A stretch of 34,045 nt of DNA from a virus (lineage: Duplodnaviria; Caudoviricetes). This document shows positions 6,990 through 16,800 of the stretch, piece after piece. The notes beneath the pieces are model-generated. The model did not search any database and was not told where the DNA came from. It saw nothing but the letters and a program-made list of their open reading frames with translations. Where the stretch lies: positions 1-34,045 of the IMG/VR virus record IMGVR_UViG_3300037634_005747; one strand, given 5' to 3'. A program made the translations under genes and the position numbers. The first letter of the stretch is position 1. Each line of letters opens with the position of its first letter.

Positions 6990-8702
6990 ATGAATATAAA
7001 TTCATTATTACCTCAAAATGCTCAAGCCAACCAAAATGCCGCAGCAATCGCACTTGAACGCAAGTGGGAAAAGACCGGCCTATTGGAAGGAATGTCTAAT
7101 GAGGTTGAAAGAAAAGGCATGGCCGTTCTTTTAGAGAACCAAGCCAAGCAATTGGTATCAGAAGCCAATGTAACAAATACTGCTGGAAGTGGTGAAGAAT
7201 GGTCAGGGGTAGCTCTACCATTAGTTCGTCGTATTTTTGCTGAAATTGCTGCAAAAGACTTTGTTTCTGTACAACCAATGAACTTACCATCAGGTCTGAT
7301 ATTTTATCTAGACTTTAAATATGCTACTAAGCAAGGTACTGATGGAAATGAAGGTGGAAATGATTTCTTAACTGGTAAAGCTAGAACATCTCAAGATGAT
7401 TCTGTATTTGGTGTAACTGATGCCACTAAAGGTAATGTAAATACTGCTACTGAAGGTCTTTATGGAGCTGGACGTTTTGGATACACTATTAATGATGTAT
7501 CATCATCAATAGAAACTTTAGCATCTAAAGCAACCGGTAAAATTGCAACTGGTTCTTGGTCTACTGCAAATACGTTTACTGATAATACAGATTTGACGCA
7601 AGTAGGATTTAATATATTTACTAACTTTAATTCTGAGTTTTCTGCATCTGTAGTTGCTGATGGATCTAATCCTCATATTGTAGCTGTTGGTAAAGATGTG
7701 ATTCCTGGATATGATGTAAATGGCGTAAGAGCATTTAATATTGATGGAACAGGTGTCGATGCTGTTTATCCAGAATTTACTCGTGCATCAGGTGATTATG
7801 TATATTTCTTAGTTGATGGAGATGACGATCTTCAATCATTAAAAGTTATATATCATAAACAACCAGGTGTAACTTCTAGAGGTGACTTTGAAGATATTGC
7901 AGGAAATAAAGTTCCTAACCAAGCATCTCCTAGTTCAACTGCATTAGATATTCCAGAAATTGATCTTCAAATGCGTTCAGAGGCCATCGTTGCCAAAACA
8001 CGTAAATTGAAGGCTGTTTGGAGTCCTGAATTTGCTCAAGACTTAAATGCATATCATTCAATTGATGCTGAAGCTGAATTAACTAGCATGTTATCTGAAT
8101 ATGTTTCGCAAGAAATTGATTTAGAAATTTTAGACATGTTAATTCAAAATGCTCAAACAGTTGAAAGATGGTCTGCTAGAGTTGGTCAATCATTTGATGC
8201 AGCTTCAAACTCATTTGTTAATTCAAATGCAGATGCCCAAGCATATAACCAAGGAACATGGTTCCAAACTTTAGGTACTAAAGTACAAAAAGTTTCGAAT
8301 AAAATTCACCAATTAACTTTAAGAGGTGGAGCTAACTTCCTAGTATGTTCTCCTTCTGTTGCAACTATTCTAGAATCTATTCCAGGATATGCTGCTGATA
8401 CAGATGGCGATAAAATGCAGTTTGCAATGGGTGTACAAAAAGTTGGAGCTATTAATAATAGATTCCAAGTTTATAAAAATCCATACATGACTGAAAATGC
8501 CATATTAATGGGTTATCGTGGATCTCAGTTCCTTGAAACAGGTGCTGTATATTCTCCATATATTCCATTAATCATGACACCATTAGTATACGATCCTGAA
8601 AACTTTACTCCTAGAAAAGGTGTAATGACTCGTTATGCTAAGAAAATGGTTCGTCCTGAATTCTATGGTAAAATTTATGTTGAAGGTTTAGATACTGTAT
8701 AG
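6990..8702 (+). CDS. Major capsid protein (T4 gp23-like), 570 aa
   Basis: gp23 motifs LPLVRR, VSVQPMNLPSGLIFYL, AKTRKLKAVWSPEFAQDLNAYHSIDAEAELTSMLSEYVSQEIDLEI, YSPYIPL and FTPRKGVMTRYA. Confidence 0.97.
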   Translation: MNINSLLPQNAQANQNAAAIALERKWEKTGLLEGMSNEVERKGMAVLLENQAKQLVSEANVTNTAGSGEEWSGVALPLVRRIFAEIAAKDFVSVQPMNLPSGLIFYLDFKYATKQGTDGNEGGNDFLTGKARTSQDDSVFGVTDATKGNVNTATEGLYGAGRFGYTINDVSSSIETLASKATGKIATGSWSTANTFTDNTDLTQVGFNIFTNFNSEFSASVVADGSNPHIVAVGKDVIPGYDVNGVRAFNIDGTGVDAVYPEFTRASGDYVYFLVDGDDDLQSLKVIYHKQPGVTSRGDFEDIAGNKVPNQASPSSTALDIPEIDLQMRSEAIVAKTRKLKAVWSPEFAQDLNAYHSIDAEAELTSMLSEYVSQEIDLEILDMLIQNAQTVERWSARVGQSFDAASNSFVNSNADAQAYNQGTWFQTLGTKVQKVSNKIHQLTLRGGANFLVCSPSVATILESIPGYAADTDGDKMQFAMGVQKVGAINNRFQVYKNPYMTENAILMGYRGSQFLETGAVYSPYIPLIMTPLVYDPENFTPRKGVMTRYAKKMVRPEFYGKIYVEGLDTV

Positions 8703-8727
8703 TATTTAAAATTTAATTAATATTAAA

Positions 8728-8755
8728 GGCCCTCCTACTATGGAGGGTTTTTTTT
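8728..8755 (+). terminator. Rho-independent terminator after the major capsid gene
   Basis: GGCCCTCC-TACTAT-GGAGGGTT stem-loop followed by a T run to 8755. Confidence 0.9.
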
Positions 8756-8775
8756 GGTTATATGCGAGCTGTTAG

Positions 8776-8783
8776 ATATTTAT
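8776..8783 (+). promoter_or_regulatory. Putative late promoter motif ATATTTAT upstream of phoH
   Basis: Just downstream of the MCP terminator, where transcription must restart; about 30 nt before the ATG. Confidence 0.65.
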
Positions 8784-8812
8784 ATTAAATAGTTAACAAA
8801 AGGAGTCACGAG

Positions 8813-9478
8813 ATGGCAAAAGCAAATACAGAAAAAACTCCACCAAAAGGCGCAGTTCGGTTTTCATTATCATTATCTGCAGAACAAAAAACTGCAAAAA
8901 CTCAAATTTTAGAACATCCGTTTAATTTTATAGTAGGTAAAGCTGGTTCCGGAAAAACATTATTAGCGGTACAAGTAGCTTTAGATCAATTTTTTAAACG
9001 TCAGTATAATAAAATAGTAATTACTAGACCAACAATTGCTACTGAAGACAATGGTTTCCTACCAGGTTCTGAAAAAGAAAAAATGGAGCCATGGCTCGTA
9101 CCTATTCGATCAAATATGCGTAAAGTATATAATAAACCGGATAAATTAGAATCTATGGAAAAAAATGAATCAATTGAATTATGTTCATTGGCACATTTTA
9201 GAGGCCGTACATTTGATAATGCTGTTGTAATTGTAGATGAATTTCAAAATTTAACTAGATCACAATTGGCAATGGCAATTGGTAGATTAGGTAAAGATTC
9301 GAAAATGATATTCTGTGGTGATTCGTACCAAATAGATCTTAAAGATAAAAATTATTCTGCATATCATGACATGTCAAAATTAGTAAATTCAAAATATGTA
9401 TTTAAAACTGTATTAGAAGATTCTCATAGACATGGCGCGATAGATGATTTACTAGAATTATTGAATGGATATCATTAA
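8813..9478 (+). CDS. phoH: PhoH-family ATPase
   Basis: Walker A GKAGSGKT, ITRP, GFLPG, EKMEPW, RGRTF, Walker B VIVDEFQN, RLG and GD..QIDL. Confidence 0.95.
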   Translation: MAKANTEKTPPKGAVRFSLSLSAEQKTAKTQILEHPFNFIVGKAGSGKTLLAVQVALDQFFKRQYNKIVITRPTIATEDNGFLPGSEKEKMEPWLVPIRSNMRKVYNKPDKLESMEKNESIELCSLAHFRGRTFDNAVVIVDEFQNLTRSQLAMAIGRLGKDSKMIFCGDSYQIDLKDKNYSAYHDMSKLVNSKYVFKTVLEDSHRHGAIDDLLELLNGYH

Positions 9479-9483
9479 CAAGC

Positions 9484-9491
9484 ATATTTAT
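9484..9491 (+). promoter_or_regulatory. Putative late promoter motif ATATTTAT
   Basis: Occupies the 18-nt gap between phoH and the ORF at 9497. Confidence 0.55.
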
Positions 9492-9496
9492 ATAAA

Positions 9497-9811
9497 ATGG
9501 CTACTAAAATAACATGGAACTTAGCAAACTTTAAATGGAACAATAATCCTCATACATGGGAAGAGGTATTATTAGTAGAAGAAGTATTAAAGGCGGTTAC
9601 CACCGGCAGTGATATTGAAAGAAGTTTAGATGCGTTAACACCTGATAAAAAGAAGCGATTTATAAAATTAGTATGTAAAGTAAAAGGTATAGAAACATAT
9701 TCCGGCCAAAAAACTATTAGAGATGATATTGAAGTGAAAGCTGAAGATATAGAACTAGTAATTAAAGAAGTGTTAGGAATAGATTTAACCGTGGAGAATA
9801 TACATGTATAA
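9497..9811 (+). CDS. Hypothetical protein, 104 aa
   Basis: ORF with a Trp-rich N-terminus; ATATTTAT motif ends 5 nt before the ATG; overlaps the next gene. Confidence 0.75.
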   Translation: MATKITWNLANFKWNNNPHTWEEVLLVEEVLKAVTTGSDIERSLDALTPDKKKRFIKLVCKVKGIETYSGQKTIRDDIEVKAEDIELVIKEVLGIDLTVENIHV

Positions 9812-10364
9812 ATTATTTACAGATAAAGCAGAATTATTTGAATGTGATATCAAAATAGAAGGCGCGAGCCTAACAAATTCTATTGCTAGAATCGTAGTAG
9901 AAACATCAGAGTATAGTTTGATGTTTAATGGTACTATTAATAAATCTGGTAAATGTGAAATACCTATCAGAAAATTAAAAGGATTGATTGATGAAAGTTC
10001 TAAAGGTAATATACGATTAGAAGTTATTGCTGAAGATACATATTTCACACCATGGAAATCAGAATTTGATGTACAGGCTAGTAAACAGGTAACTGTTGAA
10101 GTTCGATCACAAAATCAACCAGTTATACAAGAAAATAAAGTTCAAGTAAGTAACATTAAACAACAGATTACAGAACAAGAAATTGATCATGTTAAAAATA
10201 TACTTAAATTGTTAGTACGTGAAAATATTAATATTAATAATTTAAATGTTAAAAAAGATAGATTAAATAAAATAGTTGCAACATATACAAAATATAAACC
10301 ATTAACAGAGACTAAACAACGAGACGTTATTAAAGGAGTTCTCAAAGGTTTATATAAAAAATAA
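9804..10364 (+). CDS. Hypothetical protein, 186 aa, with a beta-rich N-domain and helical C-domain
   Basis: GGAG SD; overlaps the upstream ORF by 8 nt. Confidence 0.75.
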   Translation: MYKLFTDKAELFECDIKIEGASLTNSIARIVVETSEYSLMFNGTINKSGKCEIPIRKLKGLIDESSKGNIRLEVIAEDTYFTPWKSEFDVQASKQVTVEVRSQNQPVIQENKVQVSNIKQQITEQEIDHVKNILKLLVRENININNLNVKKDRLNKIVATYTKYKPLTETKQRDVIKGVLKGLYKK

Positions 10365-10374
10365 GGTTACGTAG

Positions 10375-12324
10375 ATGGCTCTTGACAATTTAACAGGCCA
10401 GAATATACAAGACACATACCAACGTGTAGTCCAAACGGAGAACGGTGCTTTTGCAGATGGTACTGGCTCGGCAATAAATATTATCACGTCCAATCAAACC
10501 GGATCTTTTGTTACAAATTTTGATACTGGTTCTTTTGTTACAAATTCTGATACTGGTTCTTTTGTTATAACAAATAGCGACGTATTATTTTCTAACATAA
10601 CAGCTTCTGCAAATATAAGTGCAAGCGGGACAGGGTCATTTAATCATTTAGAAATAGCTGCAAATGCCACCATTAATGGTGTTTTATCAATACCTGGTCT
10701 GTCAGATGTATCTGCTTCTGTTGCCGCAGCACTGGCAGGTGGCGATGACCTAGGAAATCATACAGCAACTCAAACTTTAAATTTAAATTCTAATAAAATA
10801 ATAGGTGTTACTAGTATATCAGCATCCGGAGAAATTAGCGGATCTAATTTATCAGGTATTAACACCGGTGATCAAGATTTAAGCACTTATATACAAAATT
10901 CTCAAACTGCTTCATTTGTTACTAATTCTCAAACTGCTTCATTTGTTACTAATTCTCAAACAGCATCATTTTTAGTACCTTCGGATACAGCATCATTTTT
11001 AGTGCCATCGGATACAGCATCATTTTTAGTTCCTTCGGATACTGCATCATTTTTAGTTCCTTCGGATACAGCATCATTTTTAATACCAGCCGATACTGCA
11101 TCATTTGCATTAACATCGAATGTGGTATCTAACTCTAGTACATCATCATTTGCAATATTAAATCAAAATGCTACATTTGATAATATAACTGCATTGGGTG
11201 ATATAATTGCAGAAAATTACATAGTATCATCATCAGTAACTTATATGACTCAGTCATTTAGTAGTGGTTCGACTATATTTGGTGATACTGTCACTGACGC
11301 TCATCAATTTAGTGGATCTGTATTTATTTCTGGTAGTAGTTTACAAATAAATGGATCTGATGTATTAACAACATCGCCGTTTACATCGGCGGGAATATCC
11401 GGTTCATTTAATGGACAGACAGGTTCTTTTGTTACAACTTCCGAGACTAGCTCTATAGAATCAAATTTGCAATCAGGACTGACTGTGACATTAGGTTCAA
11501 ATTTTGGTGGTATTACTAATGGAACGACATTTAATGCTGGATCTTCTATAGAAAGTATTCTTAGACAAATGTTAGTACAATATCAAGTACCTACTTTGAA
11601 TTCGTTTACAATAAGCGGATTAGCAAGTACATTGGAAGTTGGTGAAACAGATACAGCCACCGGTGGAACATTTGCTACTAGTAGTGACAGTAACGGCGCA
11701 CCATTTGCTTCATTAGCATTAACATCTGCCGGCATTACATTCAATAATTTAGCATTTTCTGGAACATCAATATCATTTGATAGTTTTACTTTAAGAAAAA
11801 CAACTGCAGCTGCTACCACATTTTTCTTGAATGGTACTGATGAAGAAGGCACGTCGACTACGACGACAAACGATCGAACTGATAGCATAACATGGAAACA
11901 TCCGATATTTTTTGGAGGATCATCAAATGACGGTACTGGTTTAAATGATCCAGTATTAGCAGATATATTATCAGATATATCTGGTTCCGGTACTGGTACT
12001 GGATTAACAGATTCCGATTTTACAACTGATAGCCAAACATTGCTTAACACGACTAGTACAACTAATTTTCCTAACACATTAATACTTACTTTACCATCAA
12101 GTGTAGCAAATAGCAACAATTTCACATATATAGTATATCCAGCAACATATGGTACATTATCATCAGTAATATTAAACGGTGTACAAATTGAAACTGGAAC
12201 TTTTTCTTTGTTAGGTGAGGCTAGTCACTCTAGACATAGTAATGAAGTAAATTATAACGTTTATCAAACAGCTGGTAAAAATGCATATTCAGCAGGTGAT
12301 ACATTAACATTGGATGATGCATAA
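10375..12324 (+). CDS. Virion fibre/structural protein with 9-aa tandem repeats, 649 aa
   Basis: Ser/Thr/Gly-rich; NSQTASFVT and PSDTASFLV repeats; NITASANISASG and SGSTIFGD...HQFSGS modules shared with downstream fibre genes. Confidence 0.75.
   Translation: MALDNLTGQNIQDTYQRVVQTENGAFADGTGSAINIITSNQTGSFVTNFDTGSFVTNSDTGSFVITNSDVLFSNITASANISASGTGSFNHLEIAANATINGVLSIPGLSDVSASVAAALAGGDDLGNHTATQTLNLNSNKIIGVTSISASGEISGSNLSGINTGDQDLSTYIQNSQTASFVTNSQTASFVTNSQTASFLVPSDTASFLVPSDTASFLVPSDTASFLVPSDTASFLIPADTASFALTSNVVSNSSTSSFAILNQNATFDNITALGDIIAENYIVSSSVTYMTQSFSSGSTIFGDTVTDAHQFSGSVFISGSSLQINGSDVLTTSPFTSAGISGSFNGQTGSFVTTSETSSIESNLQSGLTVTLGSNFGGITNGTTFNAGSSIESILRQMLVQYQVPTLNSFTISGLASTLEVGETDTATGGTFATSSDSNGAPFASLALTSAGITFNNLAFSGTSISFDSFTLRKTTAAATTFFLNGTDEEGTSTTTTNDRTDSITWKHPIFFGGSSNDGTGLNDPVLADILSDISGSGTGTGLTDSDFTTDSQTLLNTTSTTNFPNTLILTLPSSVANSNNFTYIVYPATYGTLSSVILNGVQIETGTFSLLGEASHSRHSNEVNYNVYQTAGKNAYSAGDTLTLDDA
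10897..11112 (+). repeat. Eight 27-bp coding tandem repeat units (NSQTASFVT-type x3, PSDTASFLV-type x5)
   Basis: Two exact copies of aattctcaaactgcttcatttgttact, then ccttcggatacagcatcatttttagtN variants. A shorter related array is at about 10492-10570. Confidence 0.95.
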
Positions 12325-13361
12325 TGCCAGTTAAGTTCGGTTCCATATTACATGTAAATAACTCCGGTTCGGAAGCATCTATGGATGCAAATAACCTGAG
12401 AGGTACTACATTACAAATAGATAGTTTTAACTCTGAAAGTTTAGCAAAAATTGGTACTGGATTATTAGCAGCTCCTGGTAAACGACGTTTAGGAACTATA
12501 GTTAGTACCACCGGTAGTTATGAATATTATTTATATTCTCAAACTGGATCAGGTGATGTATTATTAAGTGGGTCAGAATGGACTACATTATCCAATTGGA
12601 AACAGATTATAACTCAAATACCAGATACGTATATACGAAATTCTGATACTGCTTCATTTGTTACTAATTCCGATACTGCATCATTTTTAGTTCCTTCGGA
12701 TACTGCATCATTTGCTATAACGAGTAGTGATGTCAAATTTTCTAATATAACAGCCTCGGGTGATATAAGTGCAAGTGGTTTGTTATATATTAGTGCATCT
12801 GAAACTAGTGCTACCAATTATAAAATTTTAGTACAAAATTCAGCAGATGGAAGAATTTATACAACAGGAAGTGTTGCTGGCGGAGAAGGTATATCATCAT
12901 TCACAAATATTGCATCAGATGTAACTCCGGATGGTGATGGTACTAGAGATTTAGGATCACCGACTGCTAAATGGGATGCATTATATGCGGTAGATACTTT
13001 CTTTGGTGGTATACATGAGATTAATTTAGAAACTACTGGTATAGGTCAACTACAAACAGGTACTGTACTGGTCTCAAAAGCCGGTCAAATGGTACCATGT
13101 GACGCTCAAGCAGATGCATTAGTAATGGGAATAGTAACATCCGGATCTGATTATCCGGTAATAATGGGAGCGGAGCCTGTTTTAGTTGATGGACCTGTAT
13201 ATGAAGGTGATTATATTATAACTAGCAATCGATTAGGTTATGGAAAAGCGGTACCACCTGATCAAATATTTGAACAACGTTTATTTGGTAAAATAATAGC
13301 ACAATCATTAGAAACAAATATTAATGGCGGAGTTATTAAGGCAATGATAAGGAAAATGTAA
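12324..13361 (+). CDS. Fibre/spike-like protein with a C-terminal domain resembling phage spike intramolecular-chaperone (peptidase G2-like) domains, 345 aa
   Basis: Three 27-bp repeats at 12639-12719; fibre motif PDGDGTRDLGSPTAKWDALY; C-terminal G.V..GD.I.TS...GYG....GKIIAQSLE pattern; TAATG coupling at both ends. Confidence 0.6.
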   Translation: MPVKFGSILHVNNSGSEASMDANNLRGTTLQIDSFNSESLAKIGTGLLAAPGKRRLGTIVSTTGSYEYYLYSQTGSGDVLLSGSEWTTLSNWKQIITQIPDTYIRNSDTASFVTNSDTASFLVPSDTASFAITSSDVKFSNITASGDISASGLLYISASETSATNYKILVQNSADGRIYTTGSVAGGEGISSFTNIASDVTPDGDGTRDLGSPTAKWDALYAVDTFFGGIHEINLETTGIGQLQTGTVLVSKAGQMVPCDAQADALVMGIVTSGSDYPVIMGAEPVLVDGPVYEGDYIITSNRLGYGKAVPPDQIFEQRLFGKIIAQSLETNINGGVIKAMIRKM

Positions 13362-13828
13362 TGGCTGGTGTACAGCAATTTAGTGGATCGTTTATACAAT
13401 CTGGATCAACTGCTGTATTTGAATCTGGATTATCCGGAAGTTCTGTTAACGGTACATTAGTAGGTAATGGATCACTGTTAAGTAATTTAAATTTTCAAAC
13501 ATCAGATATAACTTTATTTTTTGGTTCAGCTTCAGGAAATCCTCCTACATTTAATGAATGGATAACTGGATCTGGTGGCACTCATCAAATTCTATTGTCT
13601 GCATCTGCGTCAAATGGTAGCGTAAATCATTTTACATTTTTAAAATTAACAACTAATGGATGGAACGAAGTATCAGATTATACAGGAACTCAAAATGGTT
13701 TAGTCTCTACAAATACTGTTACAGAAACATTAGGTACTGGCGTTCATCAATATTTATTATTAGCAATGAGTACCGCATCAAAACAAACGTCAACGGTAGG
13801 TACTACAGTTATAATTAATCCGGAATAA
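13361..13828 (+). CDS. Structural protein, 155 aa, a stand-alone paralogue of the giant protein's N-terminal domain
   Basis: Shares MAG...FS.S..QSGSTA.F..G, G.GS.L, NHF.F.KLT and L..GVH.Y...A with the start of the 13834 ORF. Confidence 0.8.
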   Translation: MAGVQQFSGSFIQSGSTAVFESGLSGSSVNGTLVGNGSLLSNLNFQTSDITLFFGSASGNPPTFNEWITGSGGTHQILLSASASNGSVNHFTFLKLTTNGWNEVSDYTGTQNGLVSTNTVTETLGTGVHQYLLLAMSTASKQTSTVGTTVIINPE

Positions 13829-13833
13829 TGTAG

Positions 13834-16800
13834 ATGGCGGGAAAGCATATATTTTCGAGCAGTCAATGGGTGCAATCAGGGAGCACTGCTGAATTTAAAA
13901 ATGGAATAAACGTTACTGGTACAGTTCAAGCTGATTCATTTATTGGAGATGGTTCGAATTTAACCGGTATAGGAACTGCAGTATTTTTTGCCGGATCAGG
14001 TTCTGGTATTTCTGGTTCTCCTGCATCATCTGTTGATCATGTCACCGAATTAGATGCAGGTGCTGGTGCAACGGCATCCGCAGGATATTATCGTATAGAA
14101 ACAACATCATCTGCAGATTTTAATCCAAATCATTTTGTTTTTGTTAAACTTACTAATCAATTTGAAACATTACAATCTGGTTCTGAAGATTTTTATGTAG
14201 GTGTTGATAGAACAGATCCTCCAGATTCGCAAGGAAATGCTCCATTTACAAACGACTTAGCACCTGGAGTACATCGTTATATAGTATATGCAACAGATAC
14301 TGGTAGTGCTGGATCCACTCAAGCCGTATATACATCTGCATTTATAAAAGGGTACGTTAATGTGCCTCCACAAATAATTGCACCAGTACAATCCGATGCT
14401 GTACGACAAATTGCACATGATGCAAATAGTTTAAATTATGTTATGAACTTTACAGCATCAGAAGAACCAAATTTAGATCAAGGTGATTTTATTAGAATAT
14501 TTTCTGCAAGTCGTTTAACAACCGATCCAACAGCAGTAGAAACAACTGTACCTAATTATGCATTGACAATGACTCATCCAGATTCAAATATTCCGGATTC
14601 ATCAATTTTGATTGCTACTGGTACATTTGATGAATCAGGAGATTATGCAGATCAACCCGGAGCCGGCGCGAATGCATCAGCTATACCAAATTCTCAATTA
14701 TTCTTTTCTGCTAGTATTACAAATTATGATGTAACTTCTGGAACCAATGATCGTATAGTAAACATAACTACTATGCAACCATGTGAAGAAAATTTTGAAA
14801 TGACAATGTTTGATAACTGGTATATATTCCAATCATCATCTATAGAATATAGCATGTCAATTGTACCACCAAATACTGCCAGTATCAATAATATTAGATT
14901 GGAATTCGAATCTGGGTCTTATACCGGGTATGCCACTCAATCGTATAGAACAACTGTGTTATATGATGATGTGATAACACGTGACAATATTGATACGTTA
15001 CCTAACCGTTATACTTCATCATTAGTACGAGTAGCAGTTATGGCAGATATAACAGAACCTGCAGATTATGATCCAGATCCGCTACATTTCACAACAGTAA
15101 AAATATTTTCTGGAAGCGATGTCCATTTACGTCTTCAAAGCGATTCTGGCATACCTCGAAGACATTTCCAATTGTTCCGATTTAGTGGAAGTACTGCAAC
15201 TGGTCTATTTCGTGCAACTGCATCTACATTTTTAGCACCTGGCGCAGATCTATTACTTTCTAACGTAGGAGGATATTCGCCAACTCATAGTTTAGGATTT
15301 ACTGCATTTGCATTATCACCTCAAACATTTAATTACGGATTTTCTGGCCGTGCATCTGATTTAGCCAATACAAATTATATAGCACATGGCGATTATCAAC
15401 ATTTTTCTGCACAAACTGGTTCAGTTGCATCACTTATAATTGATCCAGTACCAGATATTGAAATATCAAATATACGTGTAGAAGTAGAATCTGGATCATT
15501 TTTAACCGGTGAAGGAGCATTTGAAAGAACTGCCAGTGTATTATATGGATTCACATCATCATTACAAGTTACAGAAACATCAAGTTTAGAAGGGTATGAA
15601 AAATCTGCAGAATATATAAGTGAATCGGTTGTAAGATTACGATTATTAGCAACTGTAATAGAACCGTTTGGACCTCATCATACCAAAATGATATCAACAT
15701 TAGAAACATCTGCTAGTAGTCATCCACATTCTCATGTATTTGAATTTCATACTGGATCTGGCGCTACTCATACTGCGTCATCTGAAATTGCATATGATAA
15801 TCAAAATAGATTAGTTGGTCATTACACATCATCATGGATTAATTTCAATTTGAAACCTGGTGAGTATACATTTAGCGCTTCATTTGATTCTGCTACAAAC
15901 GCCGGCCGGACAATAACTCCAGGAACATATTCAGAAGTATCTGTGAGTAATACACCTGCAACACAGATTACTAACATTGTATACGAAACAGAAACATATG
16001 GATATTCAGAAACAGGAAGTACTGATACAATACGTACAGTGTTATATGGAGTGCCTAGGCATACATTGGCAAATTCATCTTCATTTGAAAATCATGATTC
16101 TGCATCTGTATATGCATCTCATTCTATTTCCAGATTCCGCGTTTTAACAGATATTACAGAACCATTCGGACCACATCATACAGCATCGCGATTTGAAAAA
16201 GTTTGGACTGCACCTGGAGAGACATCATTAAATGATATAATTCATTTTAGTACTGCATCTACAGATACAGCTTCATCTGCAATTGACTATGATTCTTCAA
16301 ATCGTTTATTTGCGCGTTACACATCATCATGGATTGGTCGGCAGTTATCATCAAGTGATAATTCATCATTGACATGGAAATATACTTCCGGAAGTATAAC
16401 ACATACACCGGATGATTTGAGCGGATTTACAACTGCCTCTGGACTATCAACTCAATTAGTTGTACATGATACTGACCAAATTCAATTAACAAATAGAATT
16501 ATAGAGTTTGAAGAACATGGATATAGTGCATCAAATGAAGATGGAAGTACTGGAGAAACTGAAACATCTCGTACTGTATTATACGGTGAAAATCATCAAA
16601 TATCAGGAATTTCATCATCATTTGAAAATCATATCAAAGCAGATCAATATGCATCGCAGTCAGTATTAAGATATCGTGTTAAATTTAAAGTAACAGAACC
16701 GGTAGGGCCAGCAGTAGGAACCATACAAATTCCAATACAACGAGGAATCGTTCCAACTTATCCTATTAAAACTGCTACTACAGGATCATCAGACTTTCTT

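Noticed and set aside
304-9478. Introns, inteins or homing endonucleases in the portal, protease, MCP or phoH
   Set aside because: The ORFs are continuous with no LAGLIDADG, HNH or intein terminal motifs seen. The MCP insertion lies at the normal variable-domain position.
10897-11112. CRISPR array
   Set aside because: The 27-bp units are directly adjacent with no unique spacers, vary at synonymous positions and lie in frame within a gene.
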